A model generated the notes under the pieces. The model searched no databases. It was given only the letters and a program-made list of their open reading frames with translations, and was not told the origin of the DNA. DNA of 64,000 nucleotides from contig JAKLLB010000005.1 in NCBI GenBank assembly GCA_023150345.1, positions 28,570 through 92,569 on the forward strand, in the 5' to 3' direction. The stretch is from Aquabacterium sp. Lineage in GTDB: Bacteria > Pseudomonadota > Gammaproteobacteria > Burkholderiales > Burkholderiaceae_C. Shown piece by piece: positions 21,015-29,900 of this stretch (position 1 is the stretch's first letter; each line of letters opens with the position of its first letter). The position numbers and the translations under genes were made by a program.

Positions 21015-21092
21015 CGCGCCGCACGGACCTGTCGAAGCGCCGGGTCTGGCTGCGCGCCGCGGCGCGCGACGGCGATACCAGGAGAACGACTC

Positions 21093-22136
21093 ATGAAGAT
21101 CGGACAACGCGAAATCGGCCCCCATGCGCGGCCCTATGTCATTGCCGAGATGTCGGGCAACCACAACCAGTCGCTGGAGCGGGCACTGGCCATCGTCGAT
21201 GCCGCGGCCGATGCCGGTGCCGATGCGATCAAGCTGCAGACCTACACCGCCGACACCATGACGATACGGGTCGACGCGCCCGGGTTCGTGGTCGACGACC
21301 CCAAGAGCCTGTGGGCCGGGCGCCACCTTTACGACCTGTATCAGGAAGCCCACACGCCCTGGGCCTGGCATGCGGCGATATTCGAGCGCGCCGCGTCGCG
21401 TGGCATCCACTGCTTCTCGACCCCGTTCGACGACACGGCCGTGGACTTCCTCGAGTCGCTCGATGCTCCTGCGTACAAGATCGCCTCCTTCGAGTGCACC
21501 GATGTGCCGCTGATCCGCAAGGTGGCGGCCACCGGCAAGCCCATGATCATCTCCACCGGCATGGCCACGGTGGCCGAGATCGACGAGGCGGTGCGTACCG
21601 CGCGCGATGCGGGGTGCCGCGATGTGGTGCTGCTCAAGTGCACCAGCACCTATCCTTCCACGCCCGAGAACACGCACCTGCGCACCATCCCTGTGATGCG
21701 CGAGACCTTCGGTTGCGAGGTCGGCCTGTCCGATCACACCATGGGCTGCGGTGCGGCAGTGGCGGCGGTGGCACTGGGGGCCTGCGTCGTGGAGAAGCAC
21801 TTCACGCTGGCACGAGCCGACGGCGGCGTCGACTCGGCGTTCTCGCTCGAACCCGCTGAGTTGAAGACGCTGGTGGTGGAGACCGAACGCGCCTGGCAGG
21901 CGATGGGCAGCGTGCGCTTCGGCGGCCTGGCGGCTGAGGCGCAGTCGAAGACGCACCGCCGGTCGCTGTACATCGTGCAGGACCTGCAACCCGGCGATGT
22001 GCTCACGCGCGACAACGTGCGCGCCATCCGGCCGGGCCTGGGTCTGCCGCCACGCGAGCTCGATCGGATCCTGGGCATGCGCGTGCAGCGCGCCGCGCCG
22101 CGCGGCACGGCATTGAGCTGGGACTTGCTGCGCTGA
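21093..22136 (+). CDS. pseI: Pseudaminic acid synthase
   Basis: AGGAG RBS; IAEMSGNHNQSLERA, KLQTYT, KIASFE, SDHT, EKHFT, C-terminal SAF-like domain. Confidence 0.94.
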   Translation: MKIGQREIGPHARPYVIAEMSGNHNQSLERALAIVDAAADAGADAIKLQTYTADTMTIRVDAPGFVVDDPKSLWAGRHLYDLYQEAHTPWAWHAAIFERAASRGIHCFSTPFDDTAVDFLESLDAPAYKIASFECTDVPLIRKVAATGKPMIISTGMATVAEIDEAVRTARDAGCRDVVLLKCTSTYPSTPENTHLRTIPVMRETFGCEVGLSDHTMGCGAAVAAVALGACVVEKHFTLARADGGVDSAFSLEPAELKTLVVETERAWQAMGSVRFGGLAAEAQSKTHRRSLYIVQDLQPGDVLTRDNVRAIRPGLGLPPRELDRILGMRVQRAAPRGTALSWDLLR

Positions 22137-22164
22137 ACGGGAACCGGCCGTGACCCGGCGGCGA

Positions 22165-23028
22165 TCAGGTCGCGCTTCGAGCGCCGCGCTGGAAACGCTC
22201 GCGCACCTGGGCAAACGCGCTCAGGTACTCGGGGAAGCGCTGGTCGCGGTAGGCGATCTTGAGCGCGTCGCTGATGAAGGCATCGGTCGGGTGTTCGCGA
22301 AAGCGCGACATCGACCAACCCATGCCGAAGGGGTTGTGGGCCACGCTGCGCCAGTGCGGCTGGGTGGCCAGCAGCAGCGAGGCGGCGCGCTCCATCAGGA
22401 ACACCTTGCGCTGCGCGCCACGGCCGCCCGGCCCGGGATAGCTGGTTTCATGGGTGAGGGCGGCCCGCAGCGCGGTGTCGGGGCCCTCGCAGGCCGCGAA
22501 CAGGGCCTCGTTGAGTGCAAGCCATTCGCGCCAGAAGGCCGGCCGGGCCACGAAGTAGTTGGAGAACACCACCTGGCGCGAATCCATCACCAGCTGGGCC
22601 AGCGGCATCGGCCGGCCGATCTGCGCCAGCAGCGCTTCGTATGCGGCGATCAGCCCCGGGTCGAAGGCCTCGCCCTGCTCGAAGACGTTGAGGAAGAACG
22701 CGCCCATGTCGGGCTGGGGCGAGAACAGCACCACATCGGCGCCGGTGTCGTGCTGGCGGACGTAGGCCTGCACCTGGGCGTGGCTGAGCTGCGTCTTGCT
22801 GCCGAACTTGGGGCTGAAGAAGCCGTACCAGGCCGACTCGTCCAACGGCGAGGCGCGGCCCTGGGTCGCATCGAGCAGAAAGCGCCGGATCGGCCAGTAC
22901 TCGTACCAGTCCGGGCGATCGTTGGCCAGGTTGTCGAGCACGAGGTAGCCCGGCTCCAACGCCTCGCGCGTGGCGGCGTTGTAGACGATCTGGTAGAGAT
23001 GCACTGCGGTCTGGGCGTGCGGGTCCAT
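22165..23028 (-). CDS. Hypothetical glycosyltransferase-like protein
   Basis: 287 aa; FSNYFVARPAFWREW and FLMERAASL resemble DUF4422-type GT-like proteins from memory; glycan island context. Confidence 0.5.
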   Translation of the reverse strand: MDPHAQTAVHLYQIVYNAATREALEPGYLVLDNLANDRPDWYEYWPIRRFLLDATQGRASPLDESAWYGFFSPKFGSKTQLSHAQVQAYVRQHDTGADVVLFSPQPDMGAFFLNVFEQGEAFDPGLIAAYEALLAQIGRPMPLAQLVMDSRQVVFSNYFVARPAFWREWLALNEALFAACEGPDTALRAALTHETSYPGPGGRGAQRKVFLMERAASLLLATQPHWRSVAHNPFGMGWSMSRFREHPTDAFISDALKIAYRDQRFPEYLSAFAQVRERFQRGARSAT

Positions 23029-23151
23029 GCGAGCTCAGTCTATCGGTCCAGCGCGCACGCGTAGTCGCGAATTGACCGGCGGCGGTCGCCCAGTTCCGGG
23101 CGGGCTCTTGCGCAGCGGGTGCATTCGGCTGCGCAAATGCATTGAAACAAA

Positions 23152-23157
23152 TATAAT
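23152..23157 (+). promoter_or_regulatory. sigma70 -10 element
   Basis: Perfect TATAAT in an AT-rich patch (ATTGAAACAAATATAAT) of otherwise GC-rich DNA; no clear -35. Confidence 0.55.
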
Positions 23158-23210
23158 GGCCTGCCGACTGTCACCCGGTCAGGGCGGCAGCCGGCCAGGA
23201 GCCACGACTT

Positions 23211-23240
23211 GCGCGGGGCCGAGGGCCCCGCGCTCTTTTT
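23211..23240 (+). terminator. Intrinsic terminator in marR leader
   Basis: GCGCGGGGCC-GAG-GGCCCCGCGC 10-bp stem followed by TCTTTTT. Confidence 0.75.
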
Positions 23241-23333
23241 GCCACGCCCGGCTCGCGAGCGGGCGCACAGGGCCGGCGACTGATGCTGTGTCGGCGCTGG
23301 CGCGTACGCGTCGAACTACGTGTAGAGGTGGAC

Positions 23334-23870
23334 ATGGCTCGAGGCACAGGCGCGAAGCCGATGGCGATACCCGAATCGACAGCAGCCGCTGACGGGGGCG
23401 AGCGGCGCGCCGACGTGGCCGACGCGGCACGGGTGCTGCGGCGCTTCAGGCAGGTCTTCAACGCGGTCAAGACCCACTTCCAGCAGGTCGAGCGGCAGGC
23501 CGGCATCGGCGGGGCCCAGCTCTGGGCATTGAGCGTGGTCGGTGCGCAGCCGGGCATAGGGGTGGGCGGACTGGCAGCCGCCATGGACGTCCACCAGACC
23601 ACTGCCAGCAACCTGGTGAAGTCACTGGTCTCACAGCAGCTTCTAGTGGCGCAACGCGACGGCCAGGACCGGCGTGCCGTGCGCCTGCGCATCACGGCGC
23701 GGGGTGACACTGTCCTGCGCAAGGCGCCGGGCCCCTTCGCGGGCGTGCTGCCCGACGCGCTCGCCGCCTTGGACAGCCAGACGCTGCAGCGTCTGGATCA
23801 CGACCTGGGCGTGCTGCTTGCCCGCCTGCAGGCCGACGACGGCAGTGGCCGCATTCCGCTGGGGCAGTAG
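23334..23870 (+). CDS. MarR-family transcriptional regulator
   Basis: GAGG RBS; wHTH pattern (GAQLWAL, GGLAAAMDVHQTTASNLVKSL, DRRAVRLRITARG). Confidence 0.88.
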   Translation: MARGTGAKPMAIPESTAAADGGERRADVADAARVLRRFRQVFNAVKTHFQQVERQAGIGGAQLWALSVVGAQPGIGVGGLAAAMDVHQTTASNLVKSLVSQQLLVAQRDGQDRRAVRLRITARGDTVLRKAPGPFAGVLPDALAALDSQTLQRLDHDLGVLLARLQADDGSGRIPLGQ

Positions 23871-23894
23871 TGATACAGACCGCGAGTCCGCGCG

Positions 23895-25346
23895 ATGATC
23901 GAACTGGACAGCGGCATGGGTGATGCTCGCCGACCGGCAGTTCGGCTGGGTCTTCGGCGTTCGCTCGCCGCCGTGCGGATTCGCGCCCGGCGCTTGGTTC
24001 GTCAGTTGTTGTCTCATGAGTTGGGCCAACGCATACATGCCGAGTGGGTGGAGGGTCTCGCCTGGCTCGATCGAGCCATTGTGTTGGCTTTTGCGGTCGC
24101 GACGGGTGCACTGGTCGTCGGCTTCACGATGCTGGCCGAATGGTCGAACGAGGGCTACCGTCTCTTAAGTGACTCGAGTGAGCCCGGTCGCTTCCTGATG
24201 CTGCTGTGGACGCCGCTCGTGACCGTGGCCGTGCTGTGGGTGACCCTGCGCTGGGCGCCGGGGACCGGCGGCTCGGGTATTCCACAGGTCGTGCGCGCAC
24301 TCGACGATGACCTGGTTCCGCCACGCACCCACGGTCTGGTCGGCCTGGGGCTGTCGCTGCACAAGATCGGCCTGGTGTCGGCTGGCATGCTCGGTGGGTT
24401 GTCGATCGGCCGCGAGGGTCCCACAGTCCAGGTGGGTGCCGGCGTGATGCTGCATGCTCGGCGCTGGCTCTCACCGGGCTCGGGGATCGACGCTCACGAT
24501 CTGATGGTGGCCGGAGCCGCCGCGGGTATCGCTGCGGCCTTCAACACGCCCTTGGGTGGCATCGTGTTCGCGCTCGAGCAACTGACCCGCCGTCGGCATC
24601 TGGCACACAGCACGCTCGTCATCGCATGCATCGTGCTCGCCGGTCTGGTGTCGGTTTCGGTGTTCGGCAACGAAACCCACTTCGGTCGCCTCAAGGTGCA
24701 GGAGGTGCCTGCGGGCTTGGTGCTGCCCGGTCTGGTGGTGGCCTTGGCCGCGGGCATCGCCGGCGGCCTGTTCTCGCGGCTGATCGTGCTTTCAATGAAA
24801 GCTCGCGACGATCGCTTCGGACGTTGGCGGAGCGCCTATCCATATCGGTTCGCAGCGGCTTGCGCCGTGGCAGTGGCGGTGATCGGCCTGGTCACTTCAG
24901 GCACGACCGCCGGCGCGGGTTACCAGACCACGAAGGCGCTGCTGGAGGGGCGAGGCGAGGTGTCGCTGGTATACACGCCGTTGAAGTTCGTGGCCACCTG
25001 GTTGTCGACCTGGGCAGGCGTGCCGGCAGGCGTGTTTGCACCGTCGCTGGCCATCGGGGCTGGCATCGGGCACGACGTCGCTTGGCTGCTCGGCGTCGGC
25101 GCGCAGCAGGCGATACCGCTCATTGCAGTGGGCATGGCCGGGTTCCTCGCCGCATCGACGGGCGGGCCGATCACGGCCTTCATCATCGTGATGGAAATGG
25201 TGTCGGGCCACGCCATGGTGCTGAGCCTGATGGCTGGGGTGCTCGTGGCCAGCGGTGCCGCGCGCCTGCTGAGCCGTCCCATGTACGTTGAACTGGCGGG
25301 CCTGCTTTCCGTCCCCGCGAACGAACGGAGTGGTCGATCGCCATGA
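23895..25346 (+). CDS. ClC-family chloride channel / Cl-/H+ antiporter
   Basis: GSGIP, GREGP (gating Glu), AAFNTPLGG, GVFAP motifs. Confidence 0.92.
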   Translation: MIELDSGMGDARRPAVRLGLRRSLAAVRIRARRLVRQLLSHELGQRIHAEWVEGLAWLDRAIVLAFAVATGALVVGFTMLAEWSNEGYRLLSDSSEPGRFLMLLWTPLVTVAVLWVTLRWAPGTGGSGIPQVVRALDDDLVPPRTHGLVGLGLSLHKIGLVSAGMLGGLSIGREGPTVQVGAGVMLHARRWLSPGSGIDAHDLMVAGAAAGIAAAFNTPLGGIVFALEQLTRRRHLAHSTLVIACIVLAGLVSVSVFGNETHFGRLKVQEVPAGLVLPGLVVALAAGIAGGLFSRLIVLSMKARDDRFGRWRSAYPYRFAAACAVAVAVIGLVTSGTTAGAGYQTTKALLEGRGEVSLVYTPLKFVATWLSTWAGVPAGVFAPSLAIGAGIGHDVAWLLGVGAQQAIPLIAVGMAGFLAASTGGPITAFIIVMEMVSGHAMVLSLMAGVLVASGAARLLSRPMYVELAGLLSVPANERSGRSP

Positions 25347-26899
25347 ACGCCTTGAGCACACACGACCCCAGCACCCGTCCCATGGGTGCGGCTGGATGGC
25401 GTCGGCGCATCGCCAGTCTTCTGGGCGTGGAGTCCGCAGGGGATGAACCGCCAGCGGAAAACTACGACGACGGTGCGCCGCGGCCGCCGCGCACGGCCGA
25501 TCGGATCAGCGTGGTGATACCGGCGCTCAACGAGGAGCGGCGCATCGCCGATGTGGTTCGTCATGTACTGGCCGATCCGGCCACGGCGGAGGTCATCGTC
25601 GTCGATGACTGCTCGACCGATGCCACGGTCGAGCGGGCGACTGCGGCCGGGGCGCGGGTGGTCCGCAGTTCGATGCTGGGCAAGGGCGCGTCCATGCACG
25701 ATGGCGCCCGCGCGGCAAGCCACGAGCTCGTGGCCTACCTCGATGGCGACCTGGCCGGGCTTCGGCCCGGGCTGGTCACCGACCTGTGCCGGCCGTTGCT
25801 CGAGGACCAGGCCGACTTCGTCAAGGCCCGCTTCGGCCGCAGCGGCGGGCGCGTCACCGAGCTCACGGCCAAGCCCATGCTGAAGGTGTTTTTCCCTGAG
25901 CTCGCGGGGTATGCGCAGCCGCTGGGCGGCATCATCGCCGCGCGGCGGACACTGCTGCATTCGCTGGCGTTCGAAGACGGCTACGGCGTCGATATCGGGT
26001 TGCTGATCGACGCCTGCCGAGCCGGTGCGCGGCTGTGCGAGGTCGACATCGGCAGCCTCGAGAACGACAGCCAGCCCTTGCCGGACCTGACGGTCATGGC
26101 CAACGAGGTGTCGCGGGTGATATTCAATCGGGCGCGCGCCGCCGGTCGCCTGCATGTGGACCAGATCGCGGTGATGTACGAAACCCAGCGGCAAGCGGCG
26201 GCGTCGCTCGAGTACATCATGAGCCGCCGACGCGGCCGCCGCCGAGTGTTGCTGCTGGACATGGACGGCACGCTGACACCGCAGCGGTTCGTGAAGGAAC
26301 TTGCACGGGCCACCCGGCGCGACGATGAACTGGCGCAGTGGCTGGACCAGCAGGGCGACGCAGCCACCCGAAGCCAGCGCATTGCCGAGGTGTTCCGCTT
26401 CGTGCACCGCAACGAGTTCGAGCGGGTGGCCCACGCGCTGACGATCCGGCCGGGCGTGATCGAGTGCATCCACCGGGCCAAGCAAGCGGGCTTCATGGTG
26501 GGCGTGGTCAGCGACAGCTACTTCGTGGCGGCCGAAATCGTGCGACGTCGTGTGTTCGCCGACTTCGCGCTCGCGCATCCCATGCACTTCGATGCCGACG
26601 TTTGCTCCGGGCGGTTGAACATCAATGAGGCATTCCGGCCGATGGTGCCCGGCAAGGGTGCACCCGTGAGCAAGGGCCATGTCGTGGCCCGCATCCGCGC
26701 CAGCGCCGGTGAGCCGCCGATCGAGACCGTCTGGGCCGTGGGCGACAACCTCAACGATCTGGACATGCTGCAGCAGGCCGATCGTGCCTTCGTGATCGAG
26801 CCCCAGCACGACAGCTTGGTGCGCGAGGCCGACGCCACGCGGATAGACGACTTCGGCGAATTGACGCTGAGCGTGGCCGCACTGCCGCCGGTGCCCTGA
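25343..26899 (+). CDS. Fusion: glucosyl-3-phosphoglycerate synthase-like GT-A + SerB-like HAD phosphatase
   Basis: VVIPALNEE, YLDGD, GRVTELTAKP, QPLGG, YGVDIGLLID; second domain LLDMDGTL and VGDNLNDLDML; ATGA overlap with ClC. Confidence 0.82.
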   Translation: MNALSTHDPSTRPMGAAGWRRRIASLLGVESAGDEPPAENYDDGAPRPPRTADRISVVIPALNEERRIADVVRHVLADPATAEVIVVDDCSTDATVERATAAGARVVRSSMLGKGASMHDGARAASHELVAYLDGDLAGLRPGLVTDLCRPLLEDQADFVKARFGRSGGRVTELTAKPMLKVFFPELAGYAQPLGGIIAARRTLLHSLAFEDGYGVDIGLLIDACRAGARLCEVDIGSLENDSQPLPDLTVMANEVSRVIFNRARAAGRLHVDQIAVMYETQRQAAASLEYIMSRRRGRRRVLLLDMDGTLTPQRFVKELARATRRDDELAQWLDQQGDAATRSQRIAEVFRFVHRNEFERVAHALTIRPGVIECIHRAKQAGFMVGVVSDSYFVAAEIVRRRVFADFALAHPMHFDADVCSGRLNINEAFRPMVPGKGAPVSKGHVVARIRASAGEPPIETVWAVGDNLNDLDMLQQADRAFVIEPQHDSLVREADATRIDDFGELTLSVAALPPVP

Positions 26900-26910
26900 A
26901 GGCACAGGCG

Positions 26911-29900
26911 CTACAGCAGCGGACTCTCGCGGACGTCGAGGTTCGCGGCGGCGGAGTGCGCGGCAGGCCACGCCAGTGGCACGGGTGGGACTTCAGCGGG
27001 GCTGGGGTGGACCGGCGGGCCGGTCGTCGCGTCCGCCACGGGTCCGTCGACCACGCGCCACAGGTCGTCGCCGGGCGGTTGCAGCACGTCCTCGCTGGTG
27101 GGTGCATCGGGCAGTCGACGCTCGAACCAGACATCAGCCATCTCGGCACTGCGACCGTCGGTGGTGGTGTAGTGGCCGACCAGTCCGACGGTATTGCCGT
27201 TGTCCTCGCGGTCGGCGTGTACGTGCTCGAGCGACAGGCTCGCGATGCCCACCGACACCAGGCTGTGCAGTTCGCCCGGGTCGCTCACACCGTCGTGATT
27301 GGCGTCGACCCACACGCGCAACTCGGCAAAGGCGGTATCGGCCGCGTCGATGCGGCCATCGTTGTTGGCGTCGAGCGCCGCGAGCGCGGCGTACCCGTTG
27401 CCAGCTGGCCGGCCGTCGGGCAGGGGTGTCACGGTGCCGAACAGCTCGCGCCCATCGCCGATGCGCCCGTCGCCATTGCGGTCCATGGCCAGCAGTCCGT
27501 CGCCGCCGGCCACCCAGCCCACCGGCGCGGGCGTACCGGTGCCGGTGAGATCGAACACCGCGCCTTGTCCAGCGGCTTGCGTGCCCACGCCGCTGCCGTC
27601 GAGATCCAGCACCAGCGGCGTCACGCTCAGCAGCGCGGCCAACTGCGCGGAACTCATGGCCTGGATGTCCGCGGTGTCGAAGACCCGGATCTGGGCCGAT
27701 GTCATGGCCGCGATGTCCGACGTCTCGAGTGCCTCGATCTGCGTCGTGGTGAGTGCACCGATCTGGGACGACGTCAGCGAACGCACCTGCGCGGTGGTGA
27801 GTGCTGCCAGGTCGGCCGTCTCGATGGACTCGATCAAGCTGGTGGCCAGCCGGGCCAGCTGGCCCGTGGTGAGGCTCGCCACTTGCGTCGTCGTGAGTGC
27901 CGCCAGGTCTGCCGAGCCGATGGCATTGATCTGGGTCGACGTGAGCGCGCGCAGGTCCTCGGAGGCCAGGGCGAGCCACTGTGTGCTCGACAGGGCGACG
28001 ATGTCGTCGGTACCCATCGCGCGCCATTGGCTGCTGGTGAGTGCGGCCAGGTCGGCCGAGTCCATTGCGCGGACCTGGGCGGTGCTGAGCGCGGCCACCT
28101 GAGCCGTGGAGAGCCCGCCCCACTGGCTGCTCGACAGCACGGCGAGCTCCTGCGTCGTCAGCGCGGTGATGCCGGCCGTCGTGAAGCCGCGCATCTGGGC
28201 CGAGCCCAGCGCAGCCAGGTCGGTGGTCTCGAGATTTGCGACCTGGGTGGTTGTCAGGGCAGCGAGCTGGGCTGTGCGCAGGGCGGCAAAGTGTGCGGCG
28301 GTCAACGAGTCGAGCTCGCTGGTGCCCAGGCTGCGCAACTGCGCAGACGTGAGTGCGGCCACCTGTGCGGTGGAGGCATCGTACAGGTGTTGCCCCGGCG
28401 CCGTCAGGCCGCTGGCGTTGGCCAGCACGTTGAGCTGGGTGGTCGTCAGGGCCGCGAACTGCGCCGTGGTGAACGACGACAGCTCGGTGGGCAACAGGTC
28501 GTTGATCATCCCGGTGCCGATGGCCGCCACTTGCGCCGTGGTGAGTGCCGCGATCTGGGTGCTGGTGAACTTGTCCAGGTACAGGTCGGCGCTGTTCATG
28601 GCCGCCATCGACGCCGTGGACAGCGCGCGGATCGCCGCCGTGCCCAGGGCCTGGAAGTCGTCGAAGGCCATGTCGCGCACCTGGCCGGGCATCAGCGCGG
28701 CGATCTGCGAGGTTCGCATGGCCGCCCACTGCGTGGAGCCGATCGCATCGAGTTCGCTCGCGTCCAGGGTGCGCACCTGCGCCGTCGTCAGGGCGGCGGC
28801 CTGGGCATTCGTGAGCGCGGCCAACCGCGTGGCGTCCAGCGCGGCGAACTGGTCGGTGGTGAGGGCGGCGATCTGTGCGCTACCCAGAGCGGCCAGCGAG
28901 CCGGTGCCCAGCGCGGCCAGGTCTGAGCTGTCGATGCCGCGCACCTGGCCACTGGTCAGCGCCTGCCACTGGGTGGAGGTGAGCACGGCCAACTCGTTGG
29001 ATGTCAGCGCGGACATCTGTGCGCTGGTGAAGCCGCGCATTTGCGCCGTGCCCAGCACGGCGAGATCGCCGGTCTCCAGTCCGGCCACCTGGCTGGTGGT
29101 CAGCGAGGCGAGCTGGCTGCTGCGCAGCGCGGCAAACTGTGTTGTCGTGAACGCGTCGAGATCGCCGGTGGACAAGCCGCGCAGTTGGACCGACGTGAAC
29201 GCCTGCAGCTGCGTGGTGGTGAAGGCGATCAGCTGGGTGGTCGACAGCGCGTCGAGCTGCGTGGTGCCCAGCGCTGCGATCTGCCCGGTGGACAGCGCGG
29301 CGATCATGCTGGTGCTGAACGAGGCCAGGTCGCTGGTGTCGATGCCTCGCGTCTGTGCCGTGCCGAGCGCGGCCAGTTGTGTCGGACTCAACGCGGCCAG
29401 CTCGCTGCTGGTCATCGCGGCCACCTGGGCACTGGTGAACGCGCGGATCTGGGCCGTCGACAGCACGGCCAGGTCGCTGGTTTCGAGATTCGCGACCTGC
29501 GTGGTGGTCAGCGTGGCGAGTTGGCTCGTGCGCAGGGCCGCGAATTGGCTGGTGGTGAGCGCAGCGAGCTCAGCTGTGTCCAGGCTGCGCAGCTGCGTGC
29601 TGGTCAGCGCCGCCACCTGGCTGGTGCCCAGGTAGGCGCGCTCGGTGTCGCCCCAGGCATCGAGTTGCGCGGTCGACAGCGCGGCCACCTGCGCGGTGGT
29701 CAGCGAGGGGATCTCGTTGGAGTTGAGCGCACCGATGACCGCGGCGTCGAGCGCGCGTATCTGCGACGTGCGCAATGCGGCCCACTGCTCGGTGGTGAGT
29801 GCATCGAGCGTGCTGGTGTTGCCGACCAGCGGCACGAAGTTGAGGCTGGCGATCTGCGCGGTGGTGAGCGCGCGCAGCTGTGCCGACCCCAGTGCTTCCA

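Noticed and set aside
23160-25346. Fluoride riboswitch with CLC-F exporter
   Set aside because: Leader does not fit the fluoride riboswitch pattern I recall, and the ClC has canonical GSGIP/GREGP motifs
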